Below the pieces are notes generated by a model. That model had not been told where the DNA came from and ran no database searches. It worked only from the letters and a program-made list of their open reading frames with translations. A program made the translations under genes and the position numbers. 64,000 bases of DNA from an uncultured Verrucomicrobiae bacterium (GTDB lineage Bacteria > Verrucomicrobiota > Verrucomicrobiia > Chthoniobacterales > UBA10450): the NCBI GenBank assembly GCA_963815455.1, contig CAWFGO010000003.1, forward strand, positions 480,001 through 544,000. The letters run 5' to 3'. This document shows positions 52,512 through 63,360 of the stretch, one piece after another. Numbering within the stretch: position 1 is the first letter of the stretch; each line of letters starts with the position of its first letter.

Positions 52512-53805
52512 CTATTCGTAACGCAGCGCTTTCACCGGATCCAGACGCGCGGCGAAGTAGGCGGGGATAATCGCAAATATCCAGCAGATGAAGAACGCCC
52601 CGATGCAAACTCTGGCCACATCATACGGCACAATTTGGGCCGGGATTTCAGAGAATTGATAAACTTCGCGGGGGAAAATCTCGATGTGCAATGTCGAGGC
52701 CAGCAGTCGGCTAAATTCGTTGCGGTAACGAATTAGCGTCATACCTAGCCCAAGCCCGATCGCAGTGCCGAACAGACCGACGATTACGCCCTGGCCCATG
52801 AAGACCCACACAATTTGCGAAATTCTGGCGCCGAGCGCTTTCATAATCCCGATCTCGCGCCGTTTTTGCACGGTCACGGTGATGAGCGTGTTCATGATTC
52901 CAAACGCCGCCACCACCACGATGAAGAACAAGCAGGAAGAACATGACGTTGCGCTCGAGACGAATCGCTTCGAAGAATTGATGGTTCATGTCGATCCATG
53001 TCTGCGCGAACTCAGGCGGTTCCAGGAACTTCTCAATCGATTCTTTTACGCGCTCGGCGATGTAGGGATTGTCTGTCTTAACCGTGATTCCGTGGAGCGC
53101 GTCGCCAAGACCGTATAACTCCTGCCCGATATGAACCGGCACGAGAAGAAATTCTGAGTCGTGCAAGTAATGACCGGTTTCATAAATGCCGGTCACGGTC
53201 AGCTCCTTGGGCAAAATCACGTCGCGCAGTTGATCGATCGCCTGTTTTTCCTGGGCGCCCTTGGCGTTTTCCAGCTTCTTAATTCCATCAAGAACCTGAT
53301 TAAGATTACCCGGCGAATAAACCGTGACCTTGTCGCCGACATGGACCTGTAATTTTCGCGCCAGTTCGACTCCAATCACGGTCGATTCGCCGTCCAGATC
53401 GAGCTTGCCCTCCTTAATGAACTTCTTCAGCGGAATGACTTTCTCCTCCTGAGCCGGATCGATCCCGCGGATCATCGGAGCCAGCCGGCGATTTTGAAAT
53501 TCTACGATCACCGGGCCCTGAACGAACGGCGCGGTGGCGACCACACCCGGGGTATTGTCGATCTTCGTTCTCAACTCGCGCCAGTCCCGCAGGACATCCT
53601 CCGTAGTAACAAGAATGTGCGCGTCGAACTCGATCACTTTCCGGCGCAGCTCGCGATCGAACCCGGTCATGACCGAGATAACGAGAATGAGCACGGTCAC
53701 TCCGAGCATCACGCCGATAATCGAAATGAGTGTGATGATCGAAATGAACGTGCGTTTCGGCTTGAGATAACGCAGCGCCAGAAAAAGACTAAACGGCAGT
53801 TTCAA
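52512..53805 (-). CDS. lolC: Lipoprotein-releasing ABC permease LolC/E; frameshift near 52932
   Basis: LALRYL, SVMTGF, KRREIGIMKALGA, AARLDPVKALRYE. Confidence 0.85.
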
Positions 53806-53854
53806 TTCGGCGATACCGTGGACGGGATTCCCCCAGTTTTCCAGAATTGAATGT

Positions 53855-53942
53855 TGTAGCGGCGGTCTCCGACCGTCGCACTTTGGATTGCCCGCGCCCG
53901 CGCCCAGAGAAAATAGTGCGACAGTCGGAGACTGCCGCTACA
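53855..53942. repeat. 88-bp GTAG REP doublet (left flank of RAYT)
   Basis: TGTAGCGGCGGTCTCCGACCGTCGC...GCGACAGTCGGAGACTGCCGCTACA. Confidence 0.95.
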
Positions 53943-53950
53943 AGTGGAGG

Positions 53951-54421
53951 ATGGTTGAACGCCTGAGGCGCCTCGAATGGACGTTTGAGCGCGCGCCAAT
54001 TTATTTTATAACCGCTTGCATACATAAAAGGCGGCATTTGCTGGCAAATGATGCGGCTCATAACGTGTTCCAACGGTTTTGTGAATCCGCACCCGATCAC
54101 GGCGCCTGGGTCGGCGCATACGTCTTAATGCCGGATCACTTTCATCTCTTCGTTGGATTGGACCACGAGCGGCTCGCCTTATCAGCGTGGATGAACTCTT
54201 TGAAAGGCATCGTCTCCGCACATTTTCGAGAAGCTGCTGTCGGCCGGCCCTATTGGCAGAAGGGATTCTTCGATCACGTCCTGCGAAGCGGAGAATCCTA
54301 TTCCGAAAAATGGCACTACGTTTGCGAAAATCCGGTCCGGGCGGGTTTGGTGTCGCGGTGGGAAGAGTGGCCCTACGCGGGAGAAATTTGCGATCTCGAA
54401 TATCGACGCGACCGGATCTGA
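53951..54421 (+). mobile_element. REP-associated tyrosine transposase (RAYT, HUH Y1 family)
   Basis: YFITAC, AYVLMPDHFHL (HUH), WQKGFFDHVLR, YVCENPVRAGL, WPY; flanked by REP doublets. Confidence 0.93.
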
Positions 54422-54427
54422 CTTCGC

Positions 54428-54515
54428 TGTAGCGGCAGTCTCCGACCGTCGCACTTTGGATTGCCCGCGCCCGCACCCAGAGAAAATAGTGCGACAGTCG
54501 GAGACTGCCGCTACA
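54428..54515. repeat. 88-bp GTAG REP doublet (right flank of RAYT)
   Basis: Direct repeat of 53855-53942 with 2 differences. Confidence 0.95.
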
Positions 54516-54517
54516 AA

Positions 54518-54880
54518 TTACGTCTTGAGTGCGTGCGCTTTTAGTTCCTCGATCGTGACGAACTCCAGCGCGCTGGAATGCGTCGCCTCGAGATCAATGG
54601 GGGCCGCGCGATCGTGATCCAGCGCGGCTTTCCAGCGGGTGACACAGACGCACCATTTGTCACCGGGCTTCAGTCCCGGAAAACCCCACTCCGGGTGCGG
54701 CGTGACCAGATCGTTTCCATCGAGCACGGAGAAATCCAGAAACTCGCGCGTAACTTCCACACAAACCGTGTGCTGACCAATGTCTTCCGGCCCTGTGCGA
54801 CAATAGCCGTCCCGATAGAATCCAGTGAGCGGGTCACGACAACAGCATTTCAATTCCGTTCCGAGAACGTTTGTGGGCAT
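54518..54880 (-). CDS. DUF2237 family protein
   Basis: NVLG, DPLTGFYRDGYC, HTVC, FPGLKPGDKWCVC. Confidence 0.9.
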   Translation of the reverse strand: MPTNVLGTELKCCCRDPLTGFYRDGYCRTGPEDIGQHTVCVEVTREFLDFSVLDGNDLVTPHPEWGFPGLKPGDKWCVCVTRWKAALDHDRAAPIDLEATHSSALEFVTIEELKAHALKT

Positions 54881-54915
54881 AAGGTTGGAAAACGTTAAAG
54901 GGCTGGACTAGTTCG

Positions 54916-55389
54916 TCACGCGAAATCAGGTTCCTCGGTCGAGATGGTCGATTCGCCGGCGTTTTTCTCTACTGCCTGCTCCATCGCGCGCCAAGCCAGC
55001 ATGGCGCATTTGACCCGCTGCGGAAATTTTCGCACACCGCGCATCACGCGAAGATCGCCGAGCATTTTCGGCGGATCGCTCGTCTCCTGCGTCACGAGTT
55101 CATGAAATGCGCGCAGCATTTCCATCACTTCTTCGCGGCTTTTTCCTTTCAGTTTCATTGTCATTAACGAAGCCGAGGCCTGGCTAATGGCGCAGCCGTG
55201 CCCGGTAAACTTGATGTCCTGCAAGCCGCCTTCCGAATCGAATTTTACCGCCAGATGGATCTCGTCGCCGCAGGCGGGATTATCGCCGTGCACCCGGACT
55301 GCCGCGTCGGGCAATTCTCCAAAGTTCCGCGGCTTCCGCGAATGATCGAGAATGACTTCCTGATATAGCTCTTCCAGTTCCGAGCTCAT
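54916..55389 (-). CDS. sufU: SUF system SufU (NifU-like) protein
   Basis: LYQEVILDH, NPACGD, GCAISQASAS, RVKCA. Confidence 0.9.
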   Translation of the reverse strand: MSSELEELYQEVILDHSRKPRNFGELPDAAVRVHGDNPACGDEIHLAVKFDSEGGLQDIKFTGHGCAISQASASLMTMKLKGKSREEVMEMLRAFHELVTQETSDPPKMLGDLRVMRGVRKFPQRVKCAMLAWRAMEQAVEKNAGESTISTEEPDFA

Positions 55390-56625
55390 GAGAAGAAACG
55401 CGATCGCGGCGCGGAGGATGTCGATCATCCGATCGATTTCCTCGATCGTGTTATAAAAATAGAAGCTGGCTCGCGTCGTTCCAGGCAGGCCGAACCTGCG
55501 CATCAGCGGCTGATTGCAATGATGCCCGCCGCGCATGGCCAACCCGTGCTGATCCGCGAACGTCGTGAGATCGTGCGGATGCGCAGCCGCCATCACGAAC
55601 CCGACCAGCGCACCGCGCTCCTGGTCGGGTCCGAGAATGCGAATTCCGGGCAACTCCGCCATGCGCTCCATCGCGTGCCGGGTAAGATCGACATCGTGCT
55701 CGAAAATTTCGGGGCGCCCGATCCGCTCGATGTAGTCAATCGCGGCGGCGAGCCCGATTGCGCCGGCAATGTTCGGCGTGCCCGCTTCGAATCGATGCGG
55801 CGCTTTCTTGAACGAGCTTTTTTCCAAGGTAACGCTGACAATCATTTCCCCGCCACCGTGCCAGGGCGGCATGGAATCGAGAATTTCGGCGCGTCCGTAA
55901 AGCGCGCCAATCCCGGTCGGTCCACACATCTTGTGTCCGGAGAAGGCAAGAAAATCGCAGCCCAGCTCCTGCACGTTGACCGGCAAATGTCCCACGCTTT
56001 GGGCCGCATCCACCAGACTCACCGCTCCGACTTCGCGCGCTTTTCGGCACAGATCGGCCACAGGATTGATCGTGCCGAGCGAGTTCGAGACGTGGGTAAA
56101 CCCGAATAATTTCACTTCCGGCGTGAGCAACGACGACAGCCGATCCAAATCGAGAGTGCCATCGTCGCGCACCGGGACAAAACGCAGCTTCGCGCCCACT
56201 CGTTCCGCCAACAGCTGCCACGGCACGAGATTGCTGTGGTGCTCCATTTCGGTGAGCAAAATCGAATCGCCCGCCCGGACAAATTTTTCGCCCCACGCTT
56301 GGGCAACAAGATTGATGCTTTCCGTTGTTCCGCGGGTAAAAACGACCTCATCAGGACTGGCGGCTCCGATGTATGTCGCCACCCGTTGCCGCGCGTTCTC
56401 GTAGGCTTCGGTGGCGCGCGAGCTCAGAACATGAAGTCCGCGATGCACGTTTGCGTTTTCGTGCTCGTAATAATTGCGTAGCGCATCGAGAACGGCCCGG
56501 GGTTTTTGCGAAGTCGCGGCATTATCGAAATAAATCAATGGATGGCCATTGGCCTGCTCCCGGAGGATCGGAAAATCATCCCGGATCGCTTCCCAATCCA
56601 CAGCGCTCGTGGCGGCCTTGTGCAT
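55386..56625 (-). CDS. sufS: SufS-type cysteine desulfurase
   Basis: YFDNAATSQKP, EHHSN, SGHKMCGP, FEAGTP, RGGHHC, RASFYFYN; joined to SufU in the ORF track by a probable indel. Confidence 0.92.
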
Positions 56626-56744
56626 AAGGCTAATCTGCTTCAGAGGCAGCGCTTCGCTACTTGATTCATCAATTCATCTTTCCGAAGGTTTTGTCTTGCC
56701 GGTTGAAAGCACCGTTCTCTAAGCTAGCTCGGATCAACTCATAA

Positions 56745-57282
56745 ATGGCTGCGAAAACTAAAGATCGCCCGACGGTGATCGCTTATTGGCTTGTCCCGGC
56801 CAAACCGGAGCGCGAATTCTTCAACGACGTGATTCGAATTCTCGGCGCGCAAATGAAGGCGCCGCGGTTCGAACCTCACATCACGATCTTCACCGCGCCA
56901 GAGGATCGACATCCGCCCAAGAAAATTCTCGAGAGAATCAAAGCCGAGCCGATTCATTTGGGTGTGCGCGGAATCGGAGCGTCATCCGAGTTTCGGAAGA
57001 ACGCTTTTTGTTCGTCTGCGCCCGAGCAAAGCGCTGGAAAAGCTGGTTGTCGATCTTCGCCGGGCGACAAAATCGCGCGGAAAAGCTGCGCCCGCTCCGC
57101 ATGTGAGCTTGCTCTACAAGAAGCTATCCGCCCCCACCCGTCGCAAGCTGACCTCCATGGTGAAGCTTCCCTTTTCGCAAATCGTTTTCGATTCGATCAA
57201 GGCGGTGCGATGCACTTCGCCACTGCGCAACCGGGCCGATATTGAAACCTGGCGCGTCGTCGCCAGCAAATCACTTAAGTAG
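56745..57282 (+). CDS. 2H phosphoesterase (cyclic phosphodiesterase-like); frameshift near 57000
   Basis: Two HxT/S motifs, FEPHITI and PHVSLLY; N-terminal YWLVP. Confidence 0.75.
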
Positions 57283-57347
57283 ACGCAGTTGTCTTGAACG
57301 GCGCCGGGCGATTGAGGCCAATCGCTCCTGCCATTAGTAGTTTGTCG

Positions 57348-58522
57348 ATGGAAGCGACGACGAAAATATTCGGCGAGCACGACGAGGCGACGATCAGGCA
57401 AATCAATACCTGCGTCGCCGCGGGCGGCGCGCGTGGCGTGCTTTGCGCGGACGGGCATAAAGGTTACGCGCAACCGATCGGCGGCGTGGTCGCCTACAAA
57501 GACAAGATTTCGCTCAGCGGCGTCGGGTTCGATATTGCCTGCGGCAATCTCGCGATTTTAACGGACGCGAAACGGGAAGAGATCGCGCCCAGATGGAGCA
57601 GATCATGGACGACGTAGTGCGCGATATTTCGTTTGGTATCGGACGCAAGAGCAAGACACGCATCGATCACGATCTGTTCGACGATCCGGCGTGGCAACTG
57701 AAACCGATCGGTCACTTGAAAGAGTTGGCCCGCGCCCAACTCGGCACGGTCGGCGGCGGGAATCACTATGTCGATCTTTTCGCGGACGAACAGGACCGCA
57801 TCTGGGTCGGCGTGCATTTTGGGTCGCGCGGGCTCGGGCACAAGACGGCTTCTTATTTTCTAAGAGCGGCCGGCGGCAAGGACGGAATGGATGTGCCACC
57901 GGCGGTGGTCGAAGAGCAATCGGAGATCGGTCACGATTACCTGGCCGGAATGCATTTGGCGGGCCGCTATGCCTACGCCGGACGCGAAGCGGTGGCGCGC
58001 CACGTGGTGCGCAATATTCTTGGCGCGAAAATCATCGAAGAGGTCCACAACCATCACAACTTCGCCTGGCGCGAGAAACACGACGGCGAGGAATACTGGG
58101 TGATCCGCAAAGGGGCAACGCCGGCGTTCCCGGGACAGAAGGGTTTCGTCGGCGGCAGCATGGGTGACGACGCCGTGATCATCGAAGGAGTCGATTCGCC
58201 GGTTTCGCGCGAGGCGTTATTCTCCACAGTTCACGGAGCCGGACGCGTCATGTCGCGAACAGCGGCAAAGGGCCGATTCGTAAAGATTGGCAACAAGCGC
58301 ATTCGCCAGGAAGGGCTCGTCCGGCACGACGAAATGATGAAGTGGCTACAGGATCGACAAGTCGTTCTGCGCGGCGGCGATTTGGATGAAGCACCCCAGG
58401 CTTATCGGCGTCTTCCGGATGTTCTCGCGGCCCATGCGGGCACGATTCGAATCCTGCACAGATTGCGCCCGCTCGGTGTCGCCATGGCCGGTCGCGATAT
58501 TGTCGATCCGTATAAAGATTAG
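57348..58522 (+). CDS. rtcB: RNA ligase RtcB; frameshift near 57591
   Basis: ADGHKGY, GFDIACG, LGTVGGGNHY, HFGSRGLG, HNHHN, RKGATP, HGAGR, DEAPQAY. Confidence 0.92.
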
Positions 58523-60396
58523 CCCGCGGGCGACGGCGCGGGCGTTGCCGTGGCTTTTGGCGCGGGTGTTTGTTTGTGGCCGGAGTTGGTGAAGTTGTTG
58601 GCGAAGGAGTCGGAGAAGCCGGCGCCAGTTTGAGTTTAGCTTCTTCGAATAACTTCTTTTCTTCGGTGTAAAGCGAGCCTCCCTGCGCGGCCTCGATGTA
58701 TTCCTTCGCCATCTCGGTTTCATTCTCATCGAGCAAAAGCGTGGCGAAATAAACCGCGGCGTGAGGATCATGTAATTTGTCGGCCGGTAATTTTCGCATG
58801 ATTTCGAGTCCTTCGGTGGTGCGGCCCAGGCCGTAGAGGGCGAAGGCGTAGGTCACGGCGCAGTTCACATTTTCCGGCGCGCGATCGTAAGCCTCCTTGG
58901 CCAGCTCCTGAGCTTGTTGAGTATTATGATCGATGTTCAGGCCCAGCCGGGCGAGGTCCGCGGTGATCCCGATTTCGTTAGGTGAATTTTCGTGCAACCT
59001 TTGGAGCACGTCGTAGAGCTTGCGCAGTTCGTTGCTTTTTCGATAGATCCGGTAGAGCGCATCGAGCGCTTCCCGGCGAGTCGACGGGTTCCTGGAAACG
59101 CTGGCCCAGAGCTGGGTCGCTTCAATGGAGAGATTCCACCGAGTGGCAAGCCGCGCCAGATTTGCTTCGCGTTCCGGCCGGCCACTGGTTGCGCTTTCGG
59201 CCGAACGCCAGAGCCGGTCGGATTCGGCATCGGCCACGGTCTGGCGGGCCTGGCGCGCGGCATAGGACTGATAGGCGAGGCGCAAATAATCCTGCTCGGC
59301 CCATGAGCTGGTGCGGGTCCAGCGCTTCAGCCGGGACCAGTTTTTCATGTGAGCGAACGCCTCGGCCACGGCGATGGCCACCGGAGGACGCGTGGTGATT
59401 TCGGAAGGCAGTTTGTCCACCCACTTGAGCACTTCGGCGGCCTGTTTGTTGTTGTTCATCCAATCCATCAGAAGCGCGAGATCGGATGGATTGCGCGCGG
59501 CCACGGGCTTCACCTTTTCCAGCAGCGCATCGAATTTTTTCTGGTCGAGCTTGAGATACAAATTCAGGCAAAGCAGGTAATCGGCAAATGTGACCTCCTG
59601 CGACATTTGAAGTTCCTGGGCAAATTTGTCCGCTTCCTCGAGATCGCTGCGATCGATGGCGTCATTGAGCAAAGCGCGCGAGCGAACCGGTACGGAAAGT
59701 TTGTGACTGCCGGAGCCGCTCGAGGGTTTCCCGCGCGCTGGCGCTCTTTTCCGGGTCCGACGAACGAATCTGCAACGCGGCGAGATTGAATTGGTAGACA
59801 TCGTTAGCGGGTTCCTGTTTGGCCGCCTCCGCGAATTGTCGCTCCTGCTCCGCGACATTTCCCTCGGCCTGGGCCAGCCACCCGGCCACGACGTGAAAGC
59901 GGGCCCGGTCCCGATCGCTTTGTTCGACGTTGCCCAGAGCGTTCCGCGCAGTATCGAGATGACCGAAACGCAACGCGGCCGAAGCGAGATTAAGCTGGGC
60001 GTCGAGATCGTGCGGATGCAGCCGGGCAATTTGCGCCCGCCAGGAAACCGCTTCCTCGAGATTCCGTTTTTCGGCCGCTTCGGCCAGGATATAAAAGGCC
60101 GGTAACGAATCGCGATGAAGCTCCAGCACGTCGCGCGCGGTCTGGGCGGCCTGGGGCAGCTTCCCCTGCTCCAACATTGCGGCCGCCCGTTGAAGTAAAC
60201 TCCGCTCCCGCCAGCCGCTGTAGAATTTCGAGCCGTAACTGACGAGAAAAAAACCGGCCACGAGAACGAAGACAATCACGCTCACCAAAAGCACCGCGCG
60301 CGCCGGGGACAAATCGCGCCGGAGAATGTCCCACGATTCTCCAGGAAGAGATCGGATCCTCCGCTTACGGCGAACACGAACAATTTTCTCGGCCAT
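58519..60396 (-). CDS. Membrane-anchored TPR protein with Pro/Thr-rich tail; indels near 59685 and 58570
   Basis: N-terminal TM, TPR-like helices across ORFs 59662-60396 and 58248-60275. Confidence 0.7.
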
Positions 60397-60428
60397 TTGT
60401 TGCCCTTTCTATGCTAGGGGCGGAGTGA

Positions 60429-62567
60429 AATGCAACCCACACGACGGAGTATTGGCACTACGATGATGCCGGCAATCTCTCGAGCCGCCCCACCCGCGCC
60501 GGCCAGGTCGCGACGTTTGCTTACGATAATCGCAATCGTCAGACCAGCGCGGTCTGGAGCGATTCGACCCCGCGGGTGGACAAAACTTACGATGCCGTTG
60601 GCCGGCTCCTCGTCGAGATCAGCAGTGTAAGCTGTATCAGCGACACCTACGATGCCGCCGGACGCCTCACCAGCGAGACGCAACAAATCTTGCCCAATAA
60701 CAAGCCTAAATCGGTCATCTATCATTATGATGGGAGTCCGGGTAGCCCCGGGAAAGATGGGCTCCGGACAAGCGTCGATTATCCCTACGGCAGCTCCGTG
60801 GCTTACGGCTATTCTGGACGGAATCAGATCAACGCAATCACGTCCGGCGCGATCAACGCGACTTACGTTTACGATTTAGATGGGAACGAAAGCACCCGGG
60901 GACTGAACAACGGCGCAAGCGAGAGCTGCGGCTACAACGATGTCGATCATCTTACGTCGTTGAATCATACAGCGAATAGCGCGAGCTTTTCCCGGTTCGA
61001 TTACACCCACAACAAAGTGAACGATTGTCTGACCCGGACGGAGACAGCTGCCGGCGTGGCGAAGCTGGACAAATTTGCCTACGATCTGGATGATCAGGTG
61101 ACCGAGGCGCGATATAACGTCGACGAGCAGCACAGCACCCAGGATCGGCTCTGCAATTATGCTTACGATGCGACCGGGAACCGGATGACCATGAACGACA
61201 ACGTGAACGGGAATGTGAGTTATGCGGTTAACAATTTGAACCAGTACACCGCCGCCGGGGGCGGATCGATGCAGTATGATCTCAATGGCAATCTCAACTC
61301 GGCCACCGTGGCGGGCACGAATTGGACTTACCTTTACGATGCCCAAAACCGGTTGATCAGCGCGATCAGCCCGACCGAACAGGTCGATTTCGCTTACGAT
61401 CCCAAGAACCGGTGCGTGAGCCGGACGGTCTCGACGGGGAACTTCAGCACGGTGACCTATTTTTATTATGACGGCTGGGAAATGATCGAAGAACACGACG
61501 CCAGTGCCGCGTTGCTGGCCCGCTACATTCACGGCGCGCGCGAGGACGAAATGATCGCCAAGATCGACAGCTACGGCACGGTCTATTATCACACCGATGC
61601 CGAAGGCAGCGTGGCGGCGTTGACCGACGCCAGCGGCAACGTGATCGAGCGTTACACCTACGATGCATTCGGTGCAGCGACCGTTAAGGACGCCAACGGG
61701 ACAGTGCGACCCGCTGGAACTGCCTACGGGAATCGGTTTACTTTCACCGGAAGAGAATGGTTGCCCGACCTCGGCCTGTACGATTATCGCAATCGCGTCT
61801 ATTCACCTGAGCTCGGCCGGTTTCTCCAAACTGATCCCAAGAGCTTCGACGCCGATCCAAGCAATCTCTATCGCTATTGCGGCAATGAGCCAATCGACCG
61901 GACGGATCCGATGGGGCTGGAGGGAGACAATTTGGCGGGCGGTTATATCAACCAGTTTTATCGGCAGTCCGAGCAGGAACACACCGAGCCGGATACCCGG
62001 ACCGCTTTGGAAAGAAGCCGTGTTTACGAAGGTATCCGGGAACAGAATCTGACCGCTAGGCAAACGCAGGCTCGTGAACAGGCAAAATCCGTTAGAATTG
62101 TGGTTCGGACCGAAATTCAAGACAATTCTGTTGGACAGGCTGGAATGAAGACAAAACAGGTAGTTAATCTCAATCAAGACGGCACATACACGTCTTCATC
62201 GTCTGCTGGAACCACGAACATCGGCATTACCAGAGTTAAAGGCGAATTCCACTCGTCGACCAATGTAACGTCCGGAGGAGCGCCCGGGGCTTACACCGTT
62301 GAAATGAGAGGATACGCTGTATCGCGTCCTCTAATGTTGGCCACGGGACCAAGCGGCTATGTCCTCTTTTCAATCCACTATTCTGTAAATGTGTCGGTGA
62401 ATTTTTCGAACCATACCGCGGTCGGCCACGGCCTTATTAGCGGATATCCGTCTTCCTACATCCGCGTGGGCGGGCAACGACTGTTTCATCACCAGGAAGG
62501 GCGAATACCTTTGGTCGATCTGCTGCCGGGCAGGGAGGTGCCGGTTGAAGGCCACACTGGGTGGTGA
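60429..62567 (+). CDS. 5'-truncated (orphan) Rhs/YD-repeat protein with C-terminal toxin-like extension
   Basis: YD repeats begin right after a TGA at 60426; core ends FTGREW...YDYRNRVYSPELGRFLQTDP...NLYRYCGNEPIDRTDPMGL, then about 215 aa of variable CT. Confidence 0.88.
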   Translation, partial: NATHTTEYWHYDDAGNLSSRPTRAGQVATFAYDNRNRQTSAVWSDSTPRVDKTYDAVGRLLVEISSVSCISDTYDAAGRLTSETQQILPNNKPKSVIYHYDGSPGSPGKDGLRTSVDYPYGSSVAYGYSGRNQINAITSGAINATYVYDLDGNESTRGLNNGASESCGYNDVDHLTSLNHTANSASFSRFDYTHNKVNDCLTRTETAAGVAKLDKFAYDLDDQVTEARYNVDEQHSTQDRLCNYAYDATGNRMTMNDNVNGNVSYAVNNLNQYTAAGGGSMQYDLNGNLNSATVAGTNWTYLYDAQNRLISAISPTEQVDFAYDPKNRCVSRTVSTGNFSTVTYFYYDGWEMIEEHDASAALLARYIHGAREDEMIAKIDSYGTVYYHTDAEGSVAALTDASGNVIERYTYDAFGAATVKDANGTVRPAGTAYGNRFTFTGREWLPDLGLYDYRNRVYSPELGRFLQTDPKSFDADPSNLYRYCGNEPIDRTDPMGLEGDNLAGGYINQFYRQSEQEHTEPDTRTALERSRVYEGIREQNLTARQTQAREQAKSVRIVVRTEIQDNSVGQAGMKTKQVVNLNQDGTYTSSSSAGTTNIGITRVKGEFHSSTNVTSGGAPGAYTVEMRGYAVSRPLMLATGPSGYVLFSIHYSVNVSVNFSNHTAVGHGLISGYPSSYIRVGGQRLFHHQEGRIPLVDLLPGREVPVEGHTGW

Positions 62568-62571
62568 TTCT

Positions 62572-63288
62572 ATGATCGCAGCCTTGTTGCCGCTTGTTTC
62601 GACGGTGGTGTTTTTTGGCCTTTTGGGTGCCGCGATCGGCTTTGTCTGCTACAAAAAGATTGGCCTGCAACTGGCAATAAGCAGTACGTTGAGCTTGCTA
62701 GTCTTTATAGCGATCCAATTCAAAGCGGGTACCCTATCGTTCAAGGCGTCGCTGCTGACTAATTTTCTAGGAAGTGCAGTGTATCTCCTAGCTCCTTTTG
62801 TAATTTTCTGCCTGTTACCAACCACGGCAGTGTCAGTTCTAGTGGGACATTGGCGGAGGAACCAGCGCTCTGGCGCTGAACCCCAGGCGCAGATCGTTCC
62901 TCGCAACGGGCACAATCTAATTTGGAGCGGCAGAATGAAAAAGGCTCTCTCGGCCTTATCCGTCTCCTATCTTGTTTACGCTTTGCTCACGTCGTGTTTC
63001 GTGGTTTTTTTTATTCTTCGCGCGTACGGCGTAATGTCATCTGCGGCCGCCGAGCAACCGCTTCCGATTGCGGCCTGGCTTTTTTTTGGTGCCGTGAGTT
63101 TTCTGACGGCGATGTTGATTGCCATGCTGTTTTTACTTGGGTATTTTCTCGCTGTCAGACGATACTGGAAGGCGGCGCTCGTAATGGCAGCGTTTTCGGT
63201 TCTGAGCATGCCGATCGGTACAATACTGGGCATATTGTCGATTTACGTTCTGACTCGCCCCCAGGTTGCCTCCGAGTTTACGAGTTGA
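62572..63288 (+). CDS. Hydrophobic membrane protein(s), putative Rhs immunity; may be two genes (second ATG at 62935)
   Basis: Directly after the Rhs CT; lower GC; two halves of about 3 TM each. Confidence 0.55.
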   Translation: MIAALLPLVSTVVFFGLLGAAIGFVCYKKIGLQLAISSTLSLLVFIAIQFKAGTLSFKASLLTNFLGSAVYLLAPFVIFCLLPTTAVSVLVGHWRRNQRSGAEPQAQIVPRNGHNLIWSGRMKKALSALSVSYLVYALLTSCFVVFFILRAYGVMSSAAAEQPLPIAAWLFFGAVSFLTAMLIAMLFLLGYFLAVRRYWKAALVMAAFSVLSMPIGTILGILSIYVLTRPQVASEFTS

Positions 63289-63360
63289 AGGCGAGCGATC
63301 GATGAAGGGGTCTGCCAGAGAATTTTAATAGGGTCAGTCATCAAAATCTTAACGGAAGGG

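Noticed and set aside
54916..56625. Natural SufS-SufU fusion protein
   Set aside because: Removing one base near 55400 restores ...AAIRFFS* with an ATGA overlap onto the sufU start; indel errors are common in this window.
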